Program-made: the position numbers and the translations under genes | NCBI GenBank assembly: GCA_036918135.1 | Contig: JBALDB010000067.1 | Coordinates: forward strand, 32,001-96,000 | Length of the DNA: 64,000 nucleotides | Direction of reading: 5' to 3' | Origin: Nostoc sp. | GTDB taxonomy: Bacteria; Cyanobacteriota; Cyanobacteriia; Cyanobacteriales; Nostocaceae | Notes under the pieces: model-generated | Seen by the model: the letters and a program-made list of their open reading frames with translations, nothing else | Told to the model about the DNA's origin: nothing | The model's database searches: none | Part shown: in pieces, positions 1-10,804 of the stretch | Layout: each line of letters begins with the position of its first letter | Numbering within the stretch: position 1 is the first letter of the stretch

Positions 1-1
1 T

Positions 2-1012
2 CCTATCTTTGACAACTATAGCCAACTTGATTGGCTGCGACATCACACAAGCAAAGCTGAAGGAGTTGAAAATTTAATTCTCTGGTTAGGATCGAACAAT
101 GCACTGGGAACTGTCATCGGTTTAGAAATTTATCAAACTCCTAATGACCTAAATGTGACTCTCAAAAACCCAAGTCAAAAGCCTGAATCATTCCGTGAGG
201 TAAGAGAACAATGGAACCTATGGCATCCCAAAGATTTTGAGGCTGAATATCAAGAATTGCTCGATCGCGTTGATACAATCATGCAGGGCAACAAGAATCC
301 TAATTGGAATGTCTTCATTGGAACAGTACCGCTGGTAACTATTGTGCCATTAGCAAAAGGCGTAGGCTCAACTACTGAAATTGATGTGCCTGGAGAAGAT
401 AGACCTTCAATTTACTACAAATACTATACTTATTTTCCCTTTGAAGAAGATACAGTTAAAAATACTGGCACCTTATACCTAACGTTACAAGATGCCCTCT
501 ACATTGATGACTGTATTCGCACATACAATAAAGTAATTAGAGAACTGGTTAAGAGTAAGAACAGTCAACATCGGCAACCACGGTATCACATTGTTGAACT
601 TGCCGATGCCTTGCAAGAAATTGCCTTCAAGCGAAATGCTGGACAAGTGGAGTACGATTTTCCAGAATACTTCAAGTTTGTCTATCCGCAAGTCAACACC
701 AAATACTACCATGCAGACACTGCTGGGCGACTACGACAAGGTGGGCTATTTAGTTTAGACGGTATTCATCCCTCTGCCATCGGTCAAGGGCTGATTGCTT
801 ATGAATTCCTCAAAAAAATGGCAGAGGTTGGAGTTATAAATAGCGTCGAACTAGATTGGAAATCAATCTTTTCCAAGGATGAACTTTATTCCCAACCTAT
901 TACCTTGATGCATGAATTTTACGATAATAAAGAATTTGCTGAAACCATCATCAAGCTATTCGGGAGAAATCCACTTGCTAGAAACACAAGTATAACTAGA
1001 AGAATCGGTTGA
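2..1012 (+). CDS. SGNH/GDSL-type hydrolase-like protein, 5'-truncated by the window edge
   Basis: The frame of ORF 155..1012 is open back to base 2 and there reads ...LILWLGSNNALG (SGNH block III-like). The C-terminal part has SLDGIHPS (block V DxxH). Confidence 0.6.
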   Translation, partial: PIFDNYSQLDWLRHHTSKAEGVENLILWLGSNNALGTVIGLEIYQTPNDLNVTLKNPSQKPESFREVREQWNLWHPKDFEAEYQELLDRVDTIMQGNKNPNWNVFIGTVPLVTIVPLAKGVGSTTEIDVPGEDRPSIYYKYYTYFPFEEDTVKNTGTLYLTLQDALYIDDCIRTYNKVIRELVKSKNSQHRQPRYHIVELADALQEIAFKRNAGQVEYDFPEYFKFVYPQVNTKYYHADTAGRLRQGGLFSLDGIHPSAIGQGLIAYEFLKKMAEVGVINSVELDWKSIFSKDELYSQPITLMHEFYDNKEFAETIIKLFGRNPLARNTSITRRIG

Positions 1013-1230
1013 GCTAATAAGTATTGGAAAAGGAGAAAGGTTAAAGGGAAAGTGAAAAAGGTTTTGTCACTTTCCCTTTAACCTTTGTCAAGTTTACTTG
1101 GCTTACCATTAGATTTACTCTAGTCATAGCTAATACAAATTCAAAACTCAAAATTTAAAATTAATAATCTAGACAACACAAGGTCTTAGAGATGTGCATC
1201 TCTTGCATTCTCTTTTTTAAAATTGGTATA

Positions 1231-1389
1231 ATATCATGTCCGATTAAATAGTTATGATATTTGTGAGGGTCGGTAATGGGTAAGGAGTCAGAAAAACACA
1301 ACTGTTCACCTATCACCCATTACCTTTTTCCCAATTACCAATTACCAAAAAGACCAACCATATTGTAAGTAATTAGCCGGACTTGATAT
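1231..1389. mobile_element. MITE-like element with imperfect terminal inverted repeats and internal heptamer repeats
   Basis: Left end ATATCATGTCCGATTAAATAGTTAT matches the reverse complement of the right end, ATATCAAGTCCGGCTAATTACTTAC. Internal ATTACC(C/A) repeats; no ORF. Confidence 0.6.
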
Positions 1390-1426
1390 TATTCTTTCAA
1401 AAAAGTTAAAAATATTGCCTTTTTTT

Positions 1427-2488
1427 ATGACAGGTTCTACAAACCAGGTTTATCCAGTTATTTGGCACAACAACTCAGTGTCACTAATTGACCAAACTCG
1501 CCTACCCAACGAATATACATTCGTGGAAATTCAGCGTAGTGAAGATATGGCGCGGGCGATTAAAACAATGATTGTCCGGGGTGCGCCTGCAATTGGTGTG
1601 GCTGCGGCATACGGAATGTATCTTGGTGCAAGGGAAATTCAGACAAGCGATCGCCACGAATTTTTGCAACACTTAGATAAAGTTGCCGATATGTTGCGTT
1701 CTACTCGTCCCACAGCCGTAAACTTATTTTGGGCAATTAGCCAGATGCTGAAAATTGCTTACGAAACAGTGGGAACAGTAGAAGAAATCAAGCAAATTCT
1801 CTTGCAAACTGCCGAAGCAATCAATACTGAAGATTTACAAACTTGTAAAGCGATCGGTGAGAATGGTTTAACAGTCTTGCCTACGACCCCAGAAAAGCTG
1901 ACATTGCTTACCCACTGTAACGCCGGAGCTTTAGCTACTGCTGGTTATGGTACAGCCTTGGGTGTTGTGCGCTCTGCTTGGCGGGAAGGACGTTTAGGAC
2001 GTTTATTTGCCGACGAAACCCGTCCGCGTTTGCAAGGTGCAAAACTCACGGCTTGGGAATGCGTTCAAGAAGGTATTCCTGTAACATTAATTACTGATAA
2101 TATGGCAGCCCATTGCATGAAACAGGGTTTGATTCATGCTGTAGTTGTGGGTGCCGATCGCATTGCCGCTAACGGTGACACTGCGAATAAAATTGGGACA
2201 TATAGCGTAGCGATCGCCGCTAAAGCACATAATATACCTTTTTTTGTCGCTGCACCCCTTTCTACCGTTGATTTTGAATTAGCTGATGGCAGCAAAATTC
2301 CCATTGAAAAACGCGATCCCGCAGAAATCTATCAAGTCGGCGCTACAATGCTCGTGCCTGGGGGTGTAGAATTTTACAACCCAGCATTTGATGTCACCCC
2401 AGCCGAATTGATTACAGCGATCATTACGGAGAATGGGGCGATCGCACCAAGCGAATTAGCAAAATCACAGGTAAAGCAGGTAGTATAA
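1427..2488 (+). CDS. mtnA: S-methyl-5-thioribose-1-phosphate isomerase
   Basis: [52 protein letters not shown] and NPAFDVTP motifs. ATG at 1427 preferred over TTG at 1415. Confidence 0.95.
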   Translation: MTGSTNQVYPVIWHNNSVSLIDQTRLPNEYTFVEIQRSEDMARAIKTMIVRGAPAIGVAAAYGMYLGAREIQTSDRHEFLQHLDKVADMLRSTRPTAVNLFWAISQMLKIAYETVGTVEEIKQILLQTAEAINTEDLQTCKAIGENGLTVLPTTPEKLTLLTHCNAGALATAGYGTALGVVRSAWREGRLGRLFADETRPRLQGAKLTAWECVQEGIPVTLITDNMAAHCMKQGLIHAVVVGADRIAANGDTANKIGTYSVAIAAKAHNIPFFVAAPLSTVDFELADGSKIPIEKRDPAEIYQVGATMLVPGGVEFYNPAFDVTPAELITAIITENGAIAPSELAKSQVKQVV

Positions 2489-2518
2489 TTCGTAATTCGT
2501 AATCCGTAATTCGTAATT
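2488..2518. repeat. STRR-type heptamer tandem repeat, about four copies of AATTCGT
   Basis: taattcgtaattcgtaatccgtaattcgtaatt directly after the mtnA stop. Confidence 0.8.
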
Positions 2519-2565
2519 ATATTGAAAGTATCCGGCAGCACTCCCTACTCCCTACTGGCTCTATC

Positions 2566-3237
2566 ATGACTCAGAAACAATGGACTGCGGTTGACCTTTA
2601 CCTTACCGATTTGTTTGTGCCTCCCGACCCAGTGCTAGATGCGGCACTAGAAGCTAGCGCTACGGCAGGCCTGCCGCCGCACAACGTTTCGCCGAATCAG
2701 GGTAAGCTACTGCTGTTGTTGGCGCAACTCCAAAAGGCACGCACTATCCTAGAAATTGGTACTCTGGGCGGTTACAGCACAATTTGGTTGGCGCGGGCGC
2801 TACCCAAGAATGGTTACTTGATTACGCTGGAAGCCAATGCTAAACACGCCGAAGTTGCCCAGAGCAATATTGCACGCGCCGGTCTGAGCGATGTAGTTGA
2901 ATTGCGGCTTGGGCAAGCACTCTCTACACTGCCACAACTCGCCGCCGAAGGTCGCAGTTCATTTGACCTTATATTTATCGACGCCGACAAGCCAAACAAT
3001 CCTGATTACCTATCCTGGGCGCTGCAACTTTCCCGTAGAGGTAGCCTGATTATTGCTGATAATATCGTTCGTAACGGAGCAGTAATTGATACTGGCAGTA
3101 GTGATACCAGCGTCCAAGGAGTGCGTAGCTTCAACGAACTGCTAGCATCTGAGCCGCGTGTGAGTGCCACGGCGCTCCAGACAGTGGGTAGCAAAGGATA
3201 CGATGGTTTTGCGATCGCCTTAGTCACAGCTGACTAG
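2566..3237 (+). CDS. SAM-dependent O-methyltransferase (caffeoyl-CoA OMT / Methyltransf_3 family)
   Basis: LEIGTLGGYS SAM motif, FDLIFIDADK, ADN, KGYDGF. Confidence 0.9.
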   Translation: MTQKQWTAVDLYLTDLFVPPDPVLDAALEASATAGLPPHNVSPNQGKLLLLLAQLQKARTILEIGTLGGYSTIWLARALPKNGYLITLEANAKHAEVAQSNIARAGLSDVVELRLGQALSTLPQLAAEGRSSFDLIFIDADKPNNPDYLSWALQLSRRGSLIIADNIVRNGAVIDTGSSDTSVQGVRSFNELLASEPRVSATALQTVGSKGYDGFAIALVTAD

Positions 3238-3270
3238 TAAGGCAGTCCCCATGAAACAAGTTTCACCGCT

Positions 3271-3327
3271 ATGCATGAAAAAGGAATATCCCCTACAGCC
3301 CATACCCTATAACCTTTTTCAAGTCAG
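3271..3327. repeat. Short dispersed repeat, copy 1 (copy 2 at 29566..29608)
   Basis: ATGCATGAAAAAGGAATATCCCCTACA...CCTTTTTCAAGTCAG is present at both sites. Confidence 0.8.
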
Positions 3328-3538
3328 AGGATGAGGGAGTGGGAAGAGATTATCAAAAAGCAACAACCTTGATTACCCCTCCCAGACTTGCTCTTTGTCC
3401 CATACCCCCGTAGTTTTTATCGCTATTTTGCCAGAATGGGAACACAAAATAGCACAGCGATCGCTACATTAGAAGATATATATAAATATAAATAAAAATC
3501 ATTGTTGATTTTTATTCGTCCGCAGTTCACAGAAAAAC

Positions 3539-5641
3539 ATGAGTGCAACTACCATTCTTTTTGACAACCCTTTACTCCAAGGCACTGGTCTACCTCCCTT
3601 TGCAGAAATTAAACCAGAACGAGTAGTACCAGCTTTTAATCAATTGCTGGCAGAACTTGAGCAGCAACTCGCCGCTTTGGAGGCTAATGTAGAGCCTACT
3701 TGGGAAGGTTTAGTAGAACCTTTAGAAAAGCTAACTGAACGGCTGATCTGGAGTTGGGGAGCCGTAAATCATTTAATGGGCGTTAAAAATAGCCCTGAAC
3801 TGCGGGAAGCTCACGAAACTATCCAGCCACAGGTAGTACAATTTATCAACAAGCTCAGTCAAAGCCAACCCATCTATAGTGCTTTTAAAGTACTGCGTGC
3901 TAGCGATGGTTGGGCAAGTTTAGAACCAGCCCAGCAGCGGATTGTAGAAGCTGCCATCCGAGATGCAGAACTTTCTGGTGTTGGCTTAGAAGGAGAAGCA
4001 AGAGAGCGTTTCAACCTCATTCAAATGGAATTAGCAGAACTTTCTACGAAATTCTCTAATCATGTACTGGATGCAACTAAAGCTTTTAGCTTAACCCTGA
4101 CAACAAAAGCCGAAATTGATGGTTTACCACCAAGCTTAGTTAGTTTAGCAGCACAAGCTGCTCGTGAGGCTGCTTGTAGCAACGCCACACCAGAAAATGG
4201 CCCTTGGCGTATTACTCTAGACTTTCCCAGTTATGGCCCTTTCATGCAGCACAGCACCCAGAGGGATTTACGCGAAAAGCTTTACAAAGCTTATATTACC
4301 CGTGCTTCTAGTGGCGATTTAGATAATAATCTCTTAATTAAGCGGATTTTAGAGTTACGTCAAGAACTCGCAGATTTACTTGGCTTTGGAAGTTATGCCG
4401 AGTTGAGCCTTGCTAGTAAAATGGCTCCTAATGTTGAAGCAGCCGAAGCACTGTTAGAAGAACTACGCCAAGCCAGTTATGATGCTGCTGTCAAAGACTT
4501 AGAAGAACTCCAAGCTTTCGCCGCATCACATGGACAAGAAAATCGAGATTTAAAACACTGGGATATCAGCTTTTGGGCAGAACGCCAACGCGAAGCAAAA
4601 TTTGCTTTTACCGCTGAGGAATTACGTCCTTACTTTCCCCTTCCCCAAGTATTAGATGGCTTATTTGGACTTGTTAAACGGTTATTTGGCGTCACTGTCA
4701 CCCCTGCTGATGGTCAAGCCCCAGTATGGCATGAGGATGTCCGTTATTTCCAAATTGCTGATGAAACTGGTTCTCCTATAGCTTACTTCTATTTAGACCC
4801 CTATAGCCGTCCAGCTGAAAAACGGGGTGGTGCTTGGATGGATGTGTGCATCAATCGTGCCAAAATAAAAGAAAATGGTGTGAGTGCCATCCGCTTACCT
4901 GTGAGTTATTTGATATGTAACCAAACTCCCCCAGTAGATGGCAAACCTAGTTTAATGACTTTTTATGAAGTAGAGACTTTGTTTCACGAGTTTGGTCATG
5001 GATTGCACCACATGCTTACTAAGGTTGATCATCCTGGAGCCGCAGGCATCAATAATGTGGAGTGGGATGCAGTAGAACTACCTAGTCAGTTTATGGAAAA
5101 CTGGTGCTATGAGCGACTCACTTTATTTGGCATGGCTAAGCATTATCAAACTGGGGAAGCTCTACCAGAGCATTATTATCAAAAACTGTTAGCGGCACGT
5201 AACTATATGAGTGGTACTGCGATGTTGCGGCAACTTCACTTCAGCAGCGTTGATTTAGAACTACACTACCGCTATCGTCCTGATAGTAATCAAACTCCAG
5301 CAGATGTGCGTCAACGTATAGCTAAGACTACTACCGTTTTACCACCACTTCCAGAAGATTCAATGCTATGTGCATTTGGACATATTTTTGAAGGGGGTTA
5401 CGCAGCAGGGTACTACAGTTACAAGTGGGCTGAAGTACTAAGTGCTGATGCTTTTGCAGCTTTTGAAGAAGCTGGATTTGAAAATGAAGAAGCTATAAAA
5501 GCTACAGGACAGCTTTATCGTAATACCGTACTGGCACTTGGTGGTGGTAAGCATCCAATGGAAGTGTTTAAAACTTTCCGGGGTCGCGAACCGAGTACGA
5601 CCGCTTTACTCAGGCACAACGGTTTAGTCAGAGCTAAGTAG
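3539..5641 (+). CDS. prlC: Oligopeptidase A (M3 family)
   Basis: HEFGH zinc motif, KRGGAWM, WDAVELPSQFMENW, GGYAAGYYSYKWAE. Confidence 0.95.
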   Translation: MSATTILFDNPLLQGTGLPPFAEIKPERVVPAFNQLLAELEQQLAALEANVEPTWEGLVEPLEKLTERLIWSWGAVNHLMGVKNSPELREAHETIQPQVVQFINKLSQSQPIYSAFKVLRASDGWASLEPAQQRIVEAAIRDAELSGVGLEGEARERFNLIQMELAELSTKFSNHVLDATKAFSLTLTTKAEIDGLPPSLVSLAAQAAREAACSNATPENGPWRITLDFPSYGPFMQHSTQRDLREKLYKAYITRASSGDLDNNLLIKRILELRQELADLLGFGSYAELSLASKMAPNVEAAEALLEELRQASYDAAVKDLEELQAFAASHGQENRDLKHWDISFWAERQREAKFAFTAEELRPYFPLPQVLDGLFGLVKRLFGVTVTPADGQAPVWHEDVRYFQIADETGSPIAYFYLDPYSRPAEKRGGAWMDVCINRAKIKENGVSAIRLPVSYLICNQTPPVDGKPSLMTFYEVETLFHEFGHGLHHMLTKVDHPGAAGINNVEWDAVELPSQFMENWCYERLTLFGMAKHYQTGEALPEHYYQKLLAARNYMSGTAMLRQLHFSSVDLELHYRYRPDSNQTPADVRQRIAKTTTVLPPLPEDSMLCAFGHIFEGGYAAGYYSYKWAEVLSADAFAAFEEAGFENEEAIKATGQLYRNTVLALGGGKHPMEVFKTFRGREPSTTALLRHNGLVRAK

Positions 5642-5800
5642 AGGGTGGGGAGTGGAAAGATGAGGGAGATGGGAGAGTGTGGAGGGAAATAAAATTTATA
5701 CTTCTGGCTTTTCGCCTCTTCCCACACCTCCTTTTCCTCCCACACCTCCCAGACTCCCTGTTTGCCTCATGCCCAATCCCCAGTCTCTAGCTTTAGAAGT

Positions 5801-6619
5801 CTAAGGGTTATTCAACACAAGTGGTTCTTTGGCAACATCAGCTAAGTTGATACTGGTTAGTAAATTTTGCCACTGCCCTTGAAGTGCGGTATCTTGGGGA
5901 TTTTTCTGACGCAGTTGAGCCAGTATAGCTAGTGCCTCGTACCATATCCCATTTTGGGCATAGATTGTATAGCGCTTAAGAGGTTCTGCGGTTTCTAATT
6001 CTTTAGCTATTGATTGATTCAGGTTAACTCGTTGGATTACCCCTTCAACATAAGTCCAAGGAGCATTTTTTTCTTTATCGCAGTTAATACTGAAAAACCA
6101 ACGGTATTCTTTGTTTAACGCCAAGGCGGGAGCATCGCTAGGTAGGGAGATGCGTATTACTCCTGGCTTATCTGGTAGAACGATCGATTTTCCGTGGTAA
6201 ATTTCCTTAGAGTCCTTAGAGTCCGGATTTTCTCGCACCACAAATTCCACTGCATCAACCACATCCTTGGGATATGGCACATAGAAAAACCAACTTGGAC
6301 GTTCTAACGTTGTTTGTGCCCAGACATTAGTCACCCCATCTTTCTCGGTAAACGGCACTAAAGCCGTGAGATCGGGTCGATCGGGTTTAGTAAGCGGACA
6401 CACATTTCCCCGCGTAGCCCCACCCCGGACGCGTCCTCCAGGAGTACGCCCAGGTGGAACTGGGGGTTGGTCAAAGCGTGGGGTTTGAGCAACAATTATT
6501 TTAGAATTAGGGCGATCGCTAAATCCACGACCAACAGTAGAAGTCTGGCTAATTAATAAACTGGTGCAGCTCAAAGCTAGTAGTAAAAATAATTTTATTC
6601 GTTGTAAATTAGATTTCAT
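5801..6619 (-). CDS. DUF928 domain protein with N-terminal signal peptide
   Basis: Signal-like N-terminus, GGATRG.C, LTALVP, PSWFFYVPY, YRWFF, YAQNGIWYEAL, W..LL.SI.L. Confidence 0.85.
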   Translation of the reverse strand: MKSNLQRIKLFLLLALSCTSLLISQTSTVGRGFSDRPNSKIIVAQTPRFDQPPVPPGRTPGGRVRGGATRGNVCPLTKPDRPDLTALVPFTEKDGVTNVWAQTTLERPSWFFYVPYPKDVVDAVEFVVRENPDSKDSKEIYHGKSIVLPDKPGVIRISLPSDAPALALNKEYRWFFSINCDKEKNAPWTYVEGVIQRVNLNQSIAKELETAEPLKRYTIYAQNGIWYEALAILAQLRQKNPQDTALQGQWQNLLTSINLADVAKEPLVLNNP

Positions 6620-6750
6620 AAAAGCTCACTTCATCGGATTTTAGATATTAAATTGGGCATGGGGCAAATAAGGAGTGTGGTCAGGGTTGTTGCTTTTTGA
6701 TAATTTCGCCACACTCTCCCCTCCCCTTACACTTGCCATTACCTAAGTAT

Positions 6751-9069
6751 TTAAACTGAGAAGTTTTTTTTGTAATTATAAATTGACATCAAGCCAATAG
6801 TGGTTAGTAAGGACAAAGCCGATGGCACAAAAGGCACCCAAGTACCCGAAATTAACAGACCTAAGCAAAATAGATACAGAATGCTAGAACTAATACTGAC
6901 TACTAATACTAACCAGGGTAATGAAAGTTTTCGCCAAGCCAAGATTCCCCCCACTAAAGACCAGCCCCAAATCCAGATTATTTCGTACCATAGCGACCAA
7001 ACCCGCAACAATGGACGCCCATCTTCGACAGCACTGAGAATTTGGCTGACCATATGCGCTTGTACCAAGACTCCTGGCATTTGCTCGTCTAAAGGAACTC
7101 CGTAGGGTGTCGGCCAGGTATCTGGAGAATCTCCTCTTGACACTACACCAATCAAAACAATTCGGTTTTTAACAGCATCAGGATTAACAGGGCTGGATAA
7201 AAATTGGGTTAGCTTCACCTGTGGGGCTATTTCTTTTGTAGAACGGTAGTTGAGTAAGATTTGACCGCCATTAGCATCAATATTTTGATAACCACCACTA
7301 CGAGAGTTGAGATTTGGAAAAACAGTCTTACCCAACTGTAAATTTCCTTGGGGGGTAAACTTGACATTAATTCCTGAATGTCGCAGATAGAGGGACGCCA
7401 GTTGTAGACTGAATGAGTAGGAGGCAGAACACAATGATGTCGGCTCTTGGTTCATAAATAGAAGATGACGACGGATGACTCCATCACGGTCGTGCATAAA
7501 GTCACTGAATCCCAAATTTGTTGTTGGAATTTCAGGTGGCGGTTGAATACCTCCGATATTAGCTGTACCATCGCTCCCCTTACATACGCCAATTAAGTTA
7601 GGAGTTTTTTGGAGACGATTAATTAAATCTGGGTCTTTAGCCTGAAAATCACGGTAGATATCTAGGCCGATCGCTCTAGGTTGGTATTGATTAAGTTTTT
7701 GTAGAAGTTTGTTGAGAGATTTTTCCGAAATGGAAGCTCCAATTAAGGATTCACCATTTTTTCTTTGAGTTGCCAAATCATCATCGTCAATGGTAATTAC
7801 CAGCAGTCGGGGATCGATTACCTCCTCTGGACGCGATCGCATCATTTGGTCATAGGCTTGAATTTCTGGAGTTTCCAGGATTCCCGCCAACCTCACCCCA
7901 CAAACCAAGGCTGTGAGTGCCACGTTCAATAACAAAGCGATACCAAATTTGCGTCTGATGGACACAGGTGACGGTATCTCTTCACTCTCTGTAGACCTCA
8001 ATTCATCCCAAGTGGGGGGTGTCTGGGCTGGATTTTGGCAAATCATCGGTAGCCAAGTCGCACAGGGAAATCGATCCTCAAGTCCTTCCAACCGTTCCCG
8101 TGCTTGCCGTACAGATTGATATAAAGACTCTCCCCTAGCAAAACCTTGGAGAAAATACTTTAAAAACTCTTGAGCAACCTGGTCTGGAACCGGTTCGCGC
8201 ATGACAATTATCTGAGGAATTTGCAAATCAGCTAATTCTCGTGCCAATCCCAATCCATCGCAGGAATTGAATATAGCTAGTTGCAAACCATTTTCAATGG
8301 CTTTCCTCAGAGCATACTTTAACTCGCCAATGGTGAGACTATCAGTTTTATTCAGATAAATTCGTCCGCATTCTCGATTTCCCTGACTAGAACTATGTCC
8401 GGCAAAGAAGAGAATATCCCAGTTTTTTCCCCACAGCTGCTCAGTTAATTCCTGGCGCTGTGGTTCGACGAGAAAACTGACTTCGGCGTTGCTACACTGT
8501 TGTAATAAAGCTCGATCTGCGTGGGTGTTAATTCCTTGACTATTACCGACAATTGCCAAGATATTGACTAAAGGATTGGGAGTGCGTGAGTTGTGAATGC
8601 GATCGTAAGTGGGTGAAGAAAGGGCGATTTCAGCCTTGGGGTAGCGTTCTAACAAGTCCCATGAATGCCAGGGTAATAGCTGTAATTGGCTATTTTCTGT
8701 TTGTAAAATTACCCGCACTTCTTCGGTGGATGACAATCTTTCTAACCATTTTTCTCTTACAGAGCGAAACTCCTCTGCTCGCAACCAGGTATTAAAGCGT
8801 GCCCGCAAAATACGAGAAGTGTTTTCGCAGTCTTGAAGCATCGATACATTTGTCACCTGCACTTGCTCAGCATAGAGACGATAGCGATTGCCTATATGCA
8901 GATAACTAGACTGCCAATGACTATAGTAGAGCGGCATTTCGGGAAATGGAGGTAACTTCCCCGTGACTTCTGTTGTCGCACGCTCGCGTTCTTCACCAAT
9001 TTGCAGAGTGACAGCAAACCCTTGCTCAAAACTACCTTCTGCAAATTTTAGAAATACTAACTTACCCAT
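6751..9069 (-). CDS. CHAT (caspase-HetF) domain + CHASE2 domain membrane protein
   Basis: LPWHSWD, FFAGHS and FNSCDG (His/Cys dyad), MREPV; then a TM segment, CHASE2 motifs (PRAIGLDIYRD, DGVIRR, MPGVLVQAHMVSQIL) and three C-terminal TMs. Confidence 0.88.
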   Translation of the reverse strand: MGKLVFLKFAEGSFEQGFAVTLQIGEERERATTEVTGKLPPFPEMPLYYSHWQSSYLHIGNRYRLYAEQVQVTNVSMLQDCENTSRILRARFNTWLRAEEFRSVREKWLERLSSTEEVRVILQTENSQLQLLPWHSWDLLERYPKAEIALSSPTYDRIHNSRTPNPLVNILAIVGNSQGINTHADRALLQQCSNAEVSFLVEPQRQELTEQLWGKNWDILFFAGHSSSQGNRECGRIYLNKTDSLTIGELKYALRKAIENGLQLAIFNSCDGLGLARELADLQIPQIIVMREPVPDQVAQEFLKYFLQGFARGESLYQSVRQARERLEGLEDRFPCATWLPMICQNPAQTPPTWDELRSTESEEIPSPVSIRRKFGIALLLNVALTALVCGVRLAGILETPEIQAYDQMMRSRPEEVIDPRLLVITIDDDDLATQRKNGESLIGASISEKSLNKLLQKLNQYQPRAIGLDIYRDFQAKDPDLINRLQKTPNLIGVCKGSDGTANIGGIQPPPEIPTTNLGFSDFMHDRDGVIRRHLLFMNQEPTSLCSASYSFSLQLASLYLRHSGINVKFTPQGNLQLGKTVFPNLNSRSGGYQNIDANGGQILLNYRSTKEIAPQVKLTQFLSSPVNPDAVKNRIVLIGVVSRGDSPDTWPTPYGVPLDEQMPGVLVQAHMVSQILSAVEDGRPLLRVWSLWYEIIWIWGWSLVGGILAWRKLSLPWLVLVVSISSSILYLFCLGLLISGTWVPFVPSALSLLTTIGLMSIYNYKKNFSV

Positions 9070-9240
9070 GACCGTCGCTATCCCTCTCCCTGTGCAAAAT
9101 CACAAACCTGTAATGTCCGATCGCAAGTGTCACAAGCGCGTAGATAATTTTTTGAAAATCCCAAAAAGCCGATTTTAATTTTTAATTAATCAATTTACTA
9201 CTTATAAATTCCCGACAAACAGGGAAGATAGCTAGATGTT

Positions 9241-10209
9241 TTAAATTCGGAAATGTTCACTAATACTAATACCATTTAATGCTACCTTAACGCTAAAGTC
9301 TTCTCTGGGTTCTCCGCGAAACTGTAACTGAATGTAATTGTCTGATTTTCTGGATTGAGCATCCAAAAAGACTGCTCCGGAACTATCTAGAACGGTGAGA
9401 TGAACTCCTGGTGGTAAGTAAATTTGACTGCCAGTTGCGTGCAACTGGAGGAGGATACTAGTTTGGCTATCCTTTTGGGGGCTAATTTCCACAATCAACA
9501 TCACAGGGTGATTGAGAATTTGGATGCCTAAATCAATTAATTTTGCACGTTTAGTAAATGATTCTGGTCGGTCGAGAGTATTTGGTTCCACAGTTTCAAT
9601 ACTGCGAAAAGCATAAGCTGGCCTAAGTTCTGGCAGATTCCACAAAGATTCAACACTTTGCCAACCCGTCTCAAATATACCAGCAAACCACTGACTCAAA
9701 TTCACAAGTGAGGCTAGTGGAGATTCCCGCAACTGCGCCAGATAATCGATAAATGCTTCCAATGGTTGCAATTCTCTCAAAGGTAGTGTTTCAGTTGCGA
9801 CATTAGGTACAAAACCTAATAGTTTTGCTTCTTGGAGCGATTCATCAAATTGAACCACTAGATAACCTACCCGTTCTTCCCAGGTTTCTGGAGGAATGGA
9901 ACATATCTGCTCGTGTTTTTGAACAGGGCGACACTCAAGACGACCAACTGAGGACACTTGTAGGTCAGCTATATCCCCGCACAGACGCATGATGGGATTC
10001 CAACTGTCACTGGCTTCCTTGTCGGTTGGAATATCCATCATCTGTAAATAGTCATTCACCACCCATACAGCTAAAGTATTCAGCCGAACTTGCTCTGCTT
10101 TTTGAGAATTGGACTGCTCATTAGCAAATTGCTCCGCAGTTACGCGAGCTGTTTGGGAAATTGGCAATGTTAAGGTGAAATCGTCTAGCTGATTGGTGGA
10201 GTTATTCAT
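9241..10209 (-). CDS. DUF1822 family protein
   Basis: LNTLAVWVV.DYL, GRLECRPV, VGYLVVQF..SL.EA.LLGF, VNLSQWF, RAKLIDLG, DNYIQLQF. Confidence 0.85.
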   Translation of the reverse strand: MNNSTNQLDDFTLTLPISQTARVTAEQFANEQSNSQKAEQVRLNTLAVWVVNDYLQMMDIPTDKEASDSWNPIMRLCGDIADLQVSSVGRLECRPVQKHEQICSIPPETWEERVGYLVVQFDESLQEAKLLGFVPNVATETLPLRELQPLEAFIDYLAQLRESPLASLVNLSQWFAGIFETGWQSVESLWNLPELRPAYAFRSIETVEPNTLDRPESFTKRAKLIDLGIQILNHPVMLIVEISPQKDSQTSILLQLHATGSQIYLPPGVHLTVLDSSGAVFLDAQSRKSDNYIQLQFRGEPREDFSVKVALNGISISEHFRI

Positions 10210-10686
10210 AAGTTAGTCCCTAGCGATTAATGCTGCTATGTACATATCGCCTGCATTCACTAAATTTATGCCATAAAATAAAGAATCATTTTTGAAAAAT
10301 ATAAAGTTGGGCATAGAGTATAGACCAAACAAAGAGTACTGTTAGCTTTCTTAGGGGCGTTTAGGACGTGCTAGGTCAAAAGTTAAGAGTTATGATTTTG
10401 TGAGTGTCCATCTACTCGCCACTTCTAACTTTCTACTCACTGTAAACTCACTATTTTTGAGTTGCAGCATCTTAACTGTAGAATTCATCGTAACAAGTCT
10501 CGGCGATCGCTGATACAGTAATTACAAATAATACGTCTTTATCAAATTTTCCCAAGTTGTGTTCGCCTTTTGCGCCGCATCTCGTTCGCCCACAGTTGTT
10601 TAATAGAGAACAGAAGCCATCGCTGGTTTGTAGCGCTGATGACTTCTGGTATTAATTTATGAAGATTATCTTTTTACTTTTTTAGA

Positions 10687-10795
10687 TATAGCCGTAGTCA
10701 CACCCTTTAGGACATAATGACAAGCGTCGATGTTAGGAACAGTAATAGTTTTACCTCCAGCAAGAACTGCCTTCTTCCTCCTGCCTCTAGCTATA
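10687..10795. repeat. About 100-bp dispersed repeat bounded by TATAGC...GCTATA, copy 1 (copy 2 inverted at 44733..44832)
   Basis: TATAGCCGTAGTCA...TTAGGACATAATGACAA...AGGAA.AGTAAT...CCTCCTGCC...GCTATA aligns to the reverse complement of 44733..44832. Confidence 0.8.
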
Positions 10796-10804
10796 ATTTG
10801 AGAT

